NCBI GenBank assembly: GCA_050575255.1
Contig: JBNZDD010013536.1
Location: 284,344 to 348,343, forward strand
Direction: 5' to 3'
From: Harriotta raleighana
Lineage: Eukaryota
Length of the DNA stretch: 64,000 nt
Part shown: one piece after another, positions 11,161-21,875 of the stretch
How the letters are laid out: the number at the start of each line of letters is the position of its first letter
Position numbering within the stretch: the first letter of the stretch is position 1
Program-made: the position numbers and the translations under genes
Notes under the pieces: model-generated
What the model was told of the DNA's origin: nothing
The model's input: only the letters and a program-made list of their open reading frames with translations
Databases searched by the model: none

Positions 11161-11224
11161 CAGCAATGTACATTAATGTAGTGCCCTTCGGGCTGATGGC
11201 TTGGAGCATTTAACCCTTGTGGAA

Positions 11225-11495
11225 TTTGACACCGAGCCAGGGCAGGAGGAGAGTTGACTGTGCACCGTGTAAGAGCAAGACTTTCATGGATAAGTTGGGG
11301 TCAAGGCAGAGGAAAATTGCAGCACAGTTTCAGAGTTTCTGATTATAGTGCCTGAAAGGACACCCACCGGTGTGGAGGGGAGGGGACAAGGGATGTGTAG
11401 AAGGCCGGAGCCAGCCGAGCAAACGGTAGAAGAGTGAGGTGCAAGCAAGTCGGAGAGGTAGGGAGAAACCAAGGCATGAAATGATTTCGAGCCCT
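11225..11495 (-). mobile_element. L2 3' fragment
   Basis: Minus-strand translation KSFHALVSPYLSDLL...AGSGLLHIP. Confidence 0.75.
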
Positions 11496-11499
11496 TCAA

Positions 11500-12028
11500 G
11501 CCTTCCACCATCTCTCGGACATCTCCACCCTCCTAATTTCCCTCTCCCTCTGCACAGAATGTCTCCTCATCTTAGGCGATTTCAACCTCCGCTTTAACTT
11601 CTCCTGCTCTACTTCTGATGACTTCTCCCTCCTCAGCTCCCTTAACACCTCCTTCCACATCATCTCCGCCACCCATGTCCATGGCCACCCCCTTGACCTG
11701 GTGATCACCCTCCTTGTCCTCCTTGACCTCTCTGCTGCCTTTGACACTGTCGACCACTCCATCCTACTACATCGCCTCTCCTCCCAACTCAATTTTCATA
11801 GGCCTTTTATGTTGGGAGGATGCCAATTCCCTGCTGGTCAGCCTTCCAATAGGTTACAGATCATCCAGAACTCTGAGGCCCATTGCCCCCTACCACTCCA
11901 AGCTCCTTGACCCCAACTCCCCATTCTCAACCGACTACATTGACTCCCCATCACCCAGAGGATTCAACTCAAGATCCTGGTCCTCACTTTCAAAGCCCTT
12001 CATGACCTTGCACCACCCTACCTCTGTC
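11500..12028 (+). mobile_element. internally deleted L2 ORF2 (endonuclease, RT and C-terminal pieces)
   Basis: Single frame LLILGDFN...THVHGHPLDLVIT (APE endonuclease) joined to LLVLLDLSAAFDTVDHSILL (RT start), then RLQIIQN (C-terminal region). Confidence 0.85.
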
Positions 12029-13192
12029 CATGCTCGCAGGTTTAGCAGTTAATATAAAATACATTAGTCTGAACTTCAAAATTGCTAGCTGTATTCACCA
12101 TGCCCAAAGGAACTCTGCTCTGAAGTGCTCCTGAAAGTAGATTAATAAATGTNGCTGTATTCACCATGCCCAAAGGAACTCTGCTCTGAAGTGCTCCTGA
12201 AAGTAGATGAATAAATGTTAATAAGAAATGAACAAATAAAGGAGATTGTGTTGAAGCAGAGTTCCTGTAGGCNATTGTGATGCACATCAATTATCTACAA
12301 GAATTGCTTTCTGCCAATGTTAAATTATAATTCCTCTTTCAGCTTTCAATCAATCAATAATTACATTCATATAGCGTCGGACGTCCTCAATCATTTGAAT
12401 CATTGGTTTGAATAAAGATGAAGATCTCCTCTTCGCTGCTGTAAGGAATTCCTTTGAAATGGCAGTCCATACAGTTTCTCCTGCTATAGAGCTACCAAAC
12501 TTGCCACACTTTAGCATACATTTCGCACAAAATAGCCTATTTCAGTGCAACTGATCCAAAACTCCACTGGTCACATTCTCATCATTATCACTGATGTCAC
12601 AACACATAGGCATACGTTATATGTATGGAAAATTCAAAATATCTCAAATCGTGCATCAGTAAATTCACAGACACGCTTTTCCATTGTAAACTCACATATC
12701 TAAGGTGTATAATTCTGTAGCATTCCCATATTCATCTGTATTATTGGGCGGAGGAAAGGGAGCTTCATTCTGTATACCGTTGCTGGGACCTTTGATGCTG
12801 AGATTCAGTCGCGCAAAAGTAGAAAAGCATTCTACTCTCCAGCATCACCCCCACAACAAATCCACCTAACAAAAAAGGTAAGTAGAAAGAAGTTACGCAA
12901 GTGAAAAACTAACTCAAGGGAATAGTTAATATTCTGCAGTGATTAAAAAAAACTAGATTAATTTCTGCGCCTCCTTTGATCCAGAAATGATGCTGCTACC
13001 TTAACTCTCTCCTCTTTGCAGGTGACTTGGTTTTGTGTGGAGGGTATAATCCTCTGAATCAGATGGAACAAATATTACGTCCAAGGACCAGAACATCTGC
13101 CCAGAGGAGAAAATAATCTCTGAATACACATTAAAATGACAGCATAAAAATGACTCCAAATCCTCTATAATTTAATACAAAATCAATTGTGG

Positions 13193-13577
13193 ATTCCTGT
13201 AGCTCAGTGGTTAGAGCACTTGCCCTACAAGCGAGAGAACTAGGTTTGATTCCCGATGTGGCGAAATGTTATTCCATATGTTGCTTTCTCCACACACCTC
13301 TGTTTACCTATCAGAAATAGAAATTTGGTTGTTAGCCAATTGGCAGATAATTTATCTGAGGGTAATAATCCTTCCAAAACACAATGATAATTTGGTCACT
13401 CAATCCACGACTGTTTGTGGGGACGCTGCTGTGCGCAATTGGCTGCCGCGTTTCACCCACAAATATACAGTCAATTCACTTTACAGTAAATTCTGTGAAG
13501 TGCTTTGAGACATCAAGATGATGTGAAAATGATGTGAAAAGCATTATATCAAATACATACAAGAATTACAATTATTA
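13193..13577 (+). mobile_element. SINE family 1
   Basis: CCTGTAGCTCAGTGGTTAGAGCAC head through ATATCAAAT tail. Confidence 0.85.
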
Positions 13578-13690
13578 AAAACAGAGATCGCTGGGAACAC
13601 TCAGAAGGTCAGGCAGCATCTAAGGAGATAGGAAAGTGGGTGAACGTTTCGGGTCCATGACCCTTTGTCAGAACTGGGGGATGTTGGGAG
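13578..13690 (-). mobile_element. Penelope-like terminal-repeat remnant with degenerate minimal hammerhead motif
   Basis: Minus strand CTGACAA-A-GGGTC ATG GACCC-GAAA-CGTT. The flank GCTGGGAACACTCAGAAGGTCAGGCAGCATCT resembles a common shark repeat (from recall). Confidence 0.55.
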
Positions 13691-14861
13691 CGAGAAGTTT
13701 TCACGACTAACAGAGAGGTGTATTTCCTGATTAATGTAGATTGCTGACGTTTGAAATGACAAGCCAAGAGACAAAAGATAAATCAAGATGTAATTAGGAG
13801 ATGGGTTAATAAACAGCTATAAATCTCAAACAAGTACATCAAACCACACATTCCTGTATATATAGGTACCACAATTTTGACCCGTGTCTATTAAACCAGA
13901 TATTTCATAGAGTAGTCATGAGGAAGAACAACATGTTTAGTCTTCATAGTCAGTACAGCCCATTTCAAAATCATATCAAAAGAAGTCAGAAGTTTTGAAA
14001 AAACGTGAAGACATGGACTTTGTAATAAAAAAGAAGAGGTGAAGGCCCATTGCCTTTCTATTCAGAAAGCAAAGACTGGAGATTATACCAGTAAGAGAGA
14101 GAGAAAGAGAAAAAAGAAGGAAGGTTGAAAAGTATTTTTTGATTAGAACTCATGTAAACTATGACAACTGAAAGAAAACTACAGAAAGGAATTTCACCGT
14201 GTCCAGGCCAAACATCCCCCAGATAAATTTGGTCATTCACTTTGTGGGATATTCCTGTGTGAAAATTGGCAGCCACGTTCGTCAACAAAATACACAATCA
14301 CTACATTCTAGAGTATATCCTCTAAAGTATTTTGAGACATTTTTATTAAAATTTACATTGTGAGAAGGCACTAAATGCAATAAATTAAATTTTGTTGTTC
14401 TATATCAAAGACAAGTTTATATATTTGACTATTTTGCTGTATGGTATGTGCCCGGCTTTTGAAAAGAAATTGCATGCTCACGCCATCTTCATCAGATTCT
14501 CCAAGCAAATCTTTGTATGTGTACCACAGGTTCATATGATGTAAGCCTTTTAAAATGTTTGGGTTATTTGGGACAATTTTACATAGTGGGCTGCCATCAG
14601 CCACAAGGTACTAGAGCAATCTCTATTGGCAAAACCTAGTACTGCTCCTTTGTACCTACCTTCTATACAGTAATAGATATTTTTATAACTATGCACTAAA
14701 CAATAACAATTTGTATATATGTGATTTCTTGTAAACATATATCTATATCTTTCATTTAGGGAGAATGTAACAAAATGCTGCACACAACGAGCTGGAAGCC
14801 CGAGCTGATGAGGAGCTTTCTTTATAACTGGGATATCAAAATTACTTTGTGGGCAGTAAAG

Positions 14862-15140
14862 TAATAATCCTCGCATTTGATGTAGAGCTTTTCACCTCTT
14901 CTCCACGTCTCAAAGCGCTTCACAGAATATACTGTAAAGTAAATTGACTGCGTATGTGTGGGCGAAATGCGGCAGCCGACTGTCCCACAAACCGATTTAA
15001 ATGACCAATTTTGTGGTGGGGAGGGATTATTATTAGGTGAGTGGAGTAAGGAAACTTGTCCAAGGTTTCTCCCTGCCTGGAATTGGACGCAGGTCTCTCA
15101 CTTGTACGGTGGGTGCTCTAACCACTGAGCTACAGGACTC
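14862..15140 (-). mobile_element. SINE family 1, full length
   Basis: Tail at 14862; head TGCTCTAACCACTGAGCTACAGGAC at 15114-15138. Confidence 0.9.
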
Positions 15141-15490
15141 CAATCAATATATAAATATATTAATAAATGTTCACTTTGTCGGGGGGTTTACTATTGATTT
15201 TTTTCAGTTTCAATGTAGCTACGACTTTATCCAAGATACTTGAGACCCAGCATCTTGGAAGCCAAGGTGACTAAACTATTGAACAACTGTCAGGCAGTTG
15301 GTTCTGAACAACCAGAAGGTGTCCTACTCTCACACCGTGACTTTCAGGTTGCGAGACTTGAGAATGAAATTGCATGCTGTGTATCTGTGCAGTTAGTTTG
15401 AGTTTCATTTCCAACTGGGGCCTGGAAGAGTCTTCTCAAAAACACCTAATGTCATATTCAGAAGCGTGAGAGCATTCACTAATTTACAAC

Positions 15491-15811
15491 AATAATAATC
15501 ATAATAATAATAATCCTTGAATTTCAATACAGCACTTTATCAAGTCTTCAAGAGCACTTCACGGAATATACTGTAAAGTGAATTGACTGTATATTTTGTG
15601 GGTAATTGGAGTGTGCTGCCAATTGTGTGTGGCAGCACACAGCAATGTCCTATAAACAGTCGTGGATTGAAGTGACCAAATTCTAATGATTATTTTTTTG
15701 AAGGAATTACTTCCCCACCCCCCTCCAAACATAATTATTTGACAATCGACTAACAACTACAACCCAGTTCCCTTGCTTGCAAGGTGAGTGCTCTAACCAC
15801 TGAGCTACAGG
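15491..15811 (-). mobile_element. SINE family 1
   Basis: (AAT)n tail, body, and head GAGTGCTCTAACCACTGAGCTACAGG. Confidence 0.85.
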
Positions 15812-15962
15812 TAGACTCCAAACACAATACCATACCAATTTACATTCATACAGCACCTTTCATGTGGGAAGGACATATCAAAGATCAAACGGCAGACAAG
15901 CTGGAGTGCGAGTGAAATGGGTGGGGAGGGGAAAGATGACCAAATGATCACTTACCATAAAC

Positions 15963-16325
15963 AGCCTGGCTCACTGGTAGCACTCTCACCTTTTGAGTCA
16001 GAAGATTTGAGGGGCAAGCCCCCTGTGAGGACTTGTGAGGATATTGTCTTAGCTGACAGAGTTCAGTTGGATGTTAAATATCCCCTTGGGACTATTCAAA
16101 AAGAGATGTGAGTCAGTGTCTTGGCCAACAATCCCCTCCAAAAAATCAGTCACTGACTGACTCCTTGGCTGTTTGTGGGACATTGCTGTGTGCAACTGCC
16201 TGCCACGTTTCCCTCACAAAATCACAGCCAATCCATTTTGTAGGTATATCTTGTGAAGAGCTTTAAGACATCTCAATGGTATGATAAGGTTATGATATCA
16301 AATGAGAGGATTATTATTAATATTA
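15963..16325 (+). mobile_element. Deu-domain SINE (family 2), partly deleted
   Basis: Head GGCTCACTGGTAGCACTCTCACCTTTTGAGTCAGAAG, core GGATGTTAAATATCCC...CTTGGCCAAC, and tail shared with family 1. Confidence 0.75.
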
Positions 16326-16649
16326 TTTACAAAGGTGTGTAGATGTTGGTCAAGAATGATACCAAACCCGGCTGAGGTGTTTCCACCGTTGAGTAATGTG
16401 GCAACACTCCATTGCAAGCATTAGGTCAGAAACCAGAGGGCACCCAAGACTGAATAAACTACTGTATATTGCTGTACAAGGAAAGCATCTCAAGAGAGGG
16501 GAGGAGAGAGGGAAAAAATATAGTACTTCATTAGTAATGAGTGATTGGAGAACAGTGAGCGTGAAAATTAAACATAGACTTTCCACTTTTAGTATTTGTA
16601 TAATAAAACCTCATTATCTCTTACTGCCAACAAATATAATACTACTACT

Positions 16650-16803
16650 ACTAATAATAATCCTTGTGTTTGATGTAGTACTTTTCACATTTTCTAGACG
16701 TCTCAAAGTGCTTCACAAAGTATATACTGTATATTTGTGGGCGAAATGCGGCAGCCAATTGTGCACGGCAGCATCCCACAAACATGGATTGAAATAGCCA
16801 ATT
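16650..16803 (-). mobile_element. SINE family 1, 3' part
   Basis: Family tail and body in reverse orientation. Confidence 0.8.
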
Positions 16804-17407
16804 TATTATTGGTTTGTTTAGGTGCTATTATGCTCTGAGAACATTACAATAGCTGGAATTTCATTCATGAAACTATTTATAAAGAATATTACTATAATAT
16901 TACAATATTACTATTGACCCGAGTACAAGTAAAAAAATATATATATGAGTAGATAATTTCCATATACTGTTACAGTACTATACTGCAATGTGAGCAGATT
17001 GGATAATAGCTGCCATTTTCGATCACCTTGTTGTTCTGCTGGCAAGGTTTGATTTATGGAGCACTCAGAATTGCATATTAAAATATGTTTTTACTGTGAA
17101 GCTGCAATAACAGAAACCTCTATATGGTTTAAATTACCATTGTAACTAACTAGTGTTACTCACCTGCCCACTCCATTTACTGATGCAGAGACAGTCCATT
17201 TTTTTTTGTAGGGCTTTCTTAATGTTTGTCACAAGACTAATAGTGATAGTCACAGATATATACAAAGGTATTCCAACATCATATAACCAGGTTACTTATT
17301 TATCTAGTACTTGAGAAATCATTTACTAAAGCAAAACCTTTATTTTTCTATTCCACTTCATCCAAAAGCCAATAGATTTCCCTTTTTTTAATCTCTTCAT
17401 TTATTTT

Positions 17408-17600
17408 ACAACAACAACAACAACAATTTCGAGTTATATAGAGTTATATAGAGCCCCCCACACCGTTGGCATCTCAGAGCGCTTCACAACAACGGAGCCC
17501 GGGACCGAGCCAGGGGCAGGGGTAGAAAGGTGACCAAAAGCACGTTCGAAGAGAAAGGTCTTCAGCTGGGACCTGAAACTGGGAAAAGAGGGGGTGAGAC
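17408..17600 (-). mobile_element. L2 3' end
   Basis: (CAA)n followed by GGCATCTCAGAGCGCTTCAC...GAAAGGTCTTCAGCTGGGACCTGAA. Confidence 0.7.
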
Positions 17601-18044
17601 AATCTTACCACTATTTCATCTTATTCTTGTGTTTTTCATCTTCCTCCCCATCCACTCACCTTTTTATCCATTTGTTGGAGCAGGTCTGTTATTTTCTGTA
17701 TTTTAATGTCTGTAAGTCTCTACCACTCTGTTTCTGAATATGAGTTGTGTGTATGTGTACCACTATGCACCCAGACACATATCCGCTGGAAAAGGAGAGT
17801 TTTGAGCTCTGTTGTGGTCTCCTTTTTAATGGTCCCATTGGCAACACCTATTCCCCCCTTTCCCTCCCCTACCCCCCCACACCTGTCCCCCNATTTTAAT
17901 GTCTGTAAGTCTCTACCACTCTGTTTCTGAATATGAGTTGTGTGTATGTGTACCACTATGCACCCAGACACATATCCGCTGGAAAAGGAGAGTTTTGAGC
18001 TCTGTTGTGGTCTCCTTTTTAATGGTCCCATTGGCAACACCTAA

Positions 18045-18174
18045 TCCCCCCTTTCCCTCCCCTACCCCCCCACACCTGTCCCCAGCTCGGGTCTGAAGCA
18101 GTGACTGTTCAGCGCCTTGGGACGTCCTCCTGACGTGAAAGGCGTTATACAAATGTCATTTTGTGGTGGTTGTT
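18045..18174 (+). mobile_element. L2 3' tail
   Basis: CCCAGCTCGGGTC...CAGCGCCTTGGGACGTCCTCCTGACGTGAAAGGCGTTATACAAATG. Confidence 0.85.
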
Positions 18175-18344
18175 GAATCCTCTCAAGACATGCTGACACT
18201 GTGATATATTTAACATGATGCATTTCCAGTTACCTTCTGGTAAACAGTTTGGCTCACACATAAACAATAGCCACTTAGTCAGTGTAACCAAGGAAGGAGC
18301 CAAAAGTGAAAGGTAAGAAAATTAACAAGAGAAATCTCTCTCAC

Positions 18345-18780
18345 AAGCTTTCTTGCTGCTTGTCTAATGAGGACCACCCTATCCTTTAGGGGATGGGATG
18401 TAGGGTTAACAGGAGCTGACTGGAATGAATCTTTGACCCACAGTTGAGTAATTGTGGCAACGCTTCATTGCAGGTTAGTTTGTCCCTCTGAGTCGAACCA
18501 TAAGCCAGGTTNTAATTGTGGCAACGCTTCATTGCAGGTTAGTTTGTCCCTCTAGTCGAACCATAAGCTGGTCTGTCATCATCAGTGCCCTGGAGTACTG
18601 TAGACACGTCTGGTTTAGGAATAGGACTATTGGGATCAGTGGGATCGGAGGGTTGGCTCCATTTCACGTTCCATTCCCAGGCATGTAACCTTGGAGTCAG
18701 CTCAGTTCCAAAGAGAATCCCTTTTATTTTAGTAAAACGGAAATTGGGAATCTCTGGAGTTCTCCCAGCATTTTGAATTC
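18345..18780 (+). repeat. module A of unclassified interspersed repeat
   Basis: CTGCTTGTC..GGACCACCCTA..GGTTAACAGGAGCTGA..TGGTCTGTCA..GTGCCCTGGAGTA matches 30825-31080 and 48380-48560. Confidence 0.7.
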
Positions 18781-18792
18781 AAACAGACTGTA

Positions 18793-19160
18793 TGTAGCTC
18801 AATGGTTAGACTACTTGCCTTACAAGTGAGAGAACTGGGTGTGACTCCAGGCAGGGCAAAACCTTGTGCAAGTTTCCTTTACTCAACACGCCTGACAATA
18901 GTAAATCGTCATTTCAATCCACAACTGTTTGTAGGGCATTGCTATGAGCAATTGGCTGCTGCGTTTCACCCACAAATAATAATAATAATAGTACTTTAAT
19001 TTATATAGCGCTTTCCACATCTTATCGACGTCCCAAAGTGCTTTACAGAATACAACAATAATACAATCAATTCACTTTACAGGATGTTTTGTGAAGCGCT
19101 TTGAAACGTAGAGAAGACGTGAAAAAGCGCTATTCCAATTGCGAGGATTAATATTATTAT
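18793..19160 (+). mobile_element. SINE family 1 (composite, includes an inverted tail piece)
   Basis: Head TGTAGCTCAATGGTTAGA; body; reverse tail at ~18975-19050; forward tail to 19160. Confidence 0.8.
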
Positions 19161-19189
19161 CATTAAATTCAAATATTTTCAATTCCAGA

Positions 19190-19415
19190 ACCTGACTGGT
19201 TAGACTCCAGCCGTACCCCAAGCCTTGTATCAAACTCCATTCCGGAATTAGCTAAGCAGGAATGTATCCCTCCAAGGAAAGAGTGAACATTTCATTCCAA
19301 CAATCTATCTCTGGGATTTCCATGTTCAGATAGGATGCCTGGGATTCTCAGTTTTACGTCAATACTCTTAAGCATGGTGATGGGTTTCCACATGAGTCAG
19401 ACAGCTGGCTGCCCT
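19190..19415 (+). repeat. module B of unclassified repeat
   Basis: CTGGTTAGACTCCAGC..CCCAAGCCTTG..TAAGCAGG..hairpin 19311-19351..GGTGATGGGTTTCC..GTCAGAC. Confidence 0.75.
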
Positions 19416-20014
19416 CCCCCAACTCCCCCCCCCCCACCCCCCAAATTCTAGATGTTACATTATAAAACATTATAAAATGCAAAATATTGAATATCGAGCA
19501 TTAAAAATATTTATCAGGCGTCTTCTGAAAACTGCCTCCTTGTGAAGGTGAGAGTGGCATGGCAATTTGTTGTGCTATCGTAGCTCGGAGTGCAAATGCT
19601 GTTTCCTTTCTAAGCAGTATTCAATCCAGTGCAGATTAACTATGGAAATACTGTAAAGAGGACGAGGCATTTGAAATTTCTGTTTTTTCAAACGGTGAAA
19701 ATGACCCATTCAGCATTTTGAGCTCTGTTGCTGCTGTATTGATAAAGAAATGACATGCCTCTTGATCATTCCGAAGGATAGGTTTCTGTTATAATTGAGC
19801 TGCTGACATTTGCTGCAGTGTATAATAAATAGCTCATTTTATTTTTAAAATAGATCACTCTGCATTCAGCAGCAGCTGATGTGAAGCTGTGTGATTAGTT
19901 TCAGTCAGGCTGTATCCCCTGGGAATTATCCCATCATTTCTGACATTTCTCTCAGAATGTTATGAACTCCTTCAGAGATTGTTGTTAGTCTTCTCTTCAG
20001 TCCTGATCTCAAAT

Positions 20015-20375
20015 AAACAGCAATCCTTGCATTTGGTATCAGGCCTTTCACTTGTGGAGGACATCTCCAAGCGTTTCATGGGAATTGTTACAGAGGAGTA
20101 ACTGTATTACTTTAAGGTGAACACAGCAGCTAAATTCTGGGCACAGTAATGTCCCATAAACAGCTATGAAGAGAATGACTAATTATATCCAGGGACTGTC
20201 AGCCAAGTCACTGGGAGATAACTTACTTTTCCTTTTGAGTAGCACCAAGGAGTCTTTAACATCCATGTGAACAGGAAGACAGTGGATTTGGTTTAACATC
20301 AAATCTGAAGGATGGTAACTCAAATAATGCAGCATTAATGGCCCCCAGCACTGCTTTGCAGTGTTAGCCTAGACT
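20015..20375 (-). mobile_element. Deu-domain SINE (family 2)
   Basis: Reverse core TCTTTAACATCCATGTGAACAGG..GGTTTAACATC..CAGTGTTAGCCTAGA plus tail. Confidence 0.7.
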
Positions 20376-20384
20376 AGGTGAGTG

Positions 20385-20530
20385 GCCACTTTCTTGCATC
20401 TCACCTCCTATGGCACAGCTGAGGCATTTACACAACTGACCATGACAACAGACTGCCAGAATCAGGCCAGCCCTCTGTGGCGGTCTTGGGTAGTCCAGTT
20501 TCAGCTCCTGCTAACCCTTCACAAACCCCT
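20385..20530 (-). repeat. module A (reverse), interrupted by L2
   Basis: Reverse complement AGGGTTAGCAGGAGCTGA. The element resumes at ~21585 after the L2. Confidence 0.55.
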
Positions 20531-20539
20531 CCAATCGAG

Positions 20540-21580
20540 TTTCCGTTTTCAACTTCCACATGTATGCGGATGACAGCAATCTCTATCTCTCTGCCTCCAC
20601 CCTTGACTCCAGGAGCACTGCTGTGCTGACAGACTGTCTGTCAGACATCAAGTCCTGGATGAGAGCCAACCTTCTTCAGTTGAGGCCGAGGCCCTCCTGA
20701 TTGGCTCCCATCAATGTCTCCACATCTGAGGCATCACTATCCAAGACTACACACTCCATTTCACTAAGCCAGACTGGATACTGGTGTCATGTTTGAACCT
20801 CAACTACCCTTTCTACCTCACCTCCATGTTATGTCTCGCTCTGCTTTCCCCCATCTCCACAAAATTGCCTGGCTTCATCACTGTCTCTCACTACAGGCCT
20901 CCGAGACCCTCATACATACATTCATAACATCCAGGCTCAACTACAACAACAACAACAGCAGCAAAATTATACTTGTTCAGCACCTTTCGCTTTAGGCGGA
21001 CGTCCAACTATGCAAACTCCCTGCTTGTCGGCTTCCCCAACTCCTTCCTCCATAGGCTGAAGATCATCCAGAACTCTGCAGCCCATGTCCTCTTCTGCAC
21101 TGGGCTCCATGACCCTAGCATTCACAGCCTTGCCCGACTGCACTGACTTCCTATTACACAGATGATACAGTCTAAGATCCTGGACTTCATCTTCAAACCC
21201 CTCCATGAGTCTTGTTCCCCCCACCTCTGTGACCTCCTAAGCACCTACCGACTTTCCCGTTTCCTCCGTTCAGTGGCTCTGGCCTGCTTCATGCCCCCGC
21301 CTCGCCCTTCCCACCATTGGCGGGCACACCTTCAGCCACTCTGCCTCTACTCTCTGAAATTCCATCCCTCAGTCCCTCCACCTCACCCCCTCACCTTCTT
21401 CAAGACCCATCTCAAAACTCTCCTTTTACGCTGTGCCTTCGATCACCCTCCTTCCTCCCCTGTCCTCCACTCTCCCTGATCCCGACACCCAGCTCCGGGT
21501 CCCAAACTCTGATTGTCCAGTGCCTTCGGACGTCTTCCCAACAGGAAAGGCGCTAAACAAACATAACCTTGTTGTTGTTG
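20540..21580 (+). mobile_element. L2 LINE, 5'-truncated (~1 kb)
   Basis: TTCCACATGTATGCGGATGAC (FHMYADD), ETLIHTFITSRL, KILDFIFKPLH, tail CCTTCGGACGTCTTCCC...(TTG)n. Confidence 0.92.
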
Positions 21581-21584
21581 CAAG

Positions 21585-21875
21585 CCAATGCCTTAATGGA
21601 TTGGGTGGTTCTAGCTAGATAAGCAGTGAGAAAGTTATGCAATTTTATATGGTATGGCCTTGGGTTTTGCCAACAAACATTGAATACTTTCCGGAAATAG
21701 ATAAACAGTTTGCATCCCTCCAAGGAAAAATGGTACATACCATTCCAACAATCAGCCTCTGAGATTTCCATGTGTAGAAGGGAGGCATGGAAATCTCAGC
21801 TTGGTTTGGATACTCATAAACATAGTGATCAGTTTCTGCATATGTCAGACAGACACCCAGCTGACCAAAATAAAT
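21585..21875 (+). repeat. start of module A (reverse) followed by module B
   Basis: GGGTGGTTCTAGCTAGATAAGCAGTGAGAAAG (A reverse), then B with a perfect 14-bp hairpin at 21759-21799. Confidence 0.75.

Noticed and set aside
13007-13048. Strong splice acceptor CTCTCCTCTTTGCAG
   Set aside because: No convincing donor or coding frame, and it lies beyond the likely poly(A) sites.
17700-18085. Duplicated small ORF (MSVSLYHSVSEYELC...)
   Set aside because: Single-N haplotype duplication; no splice or homology support.
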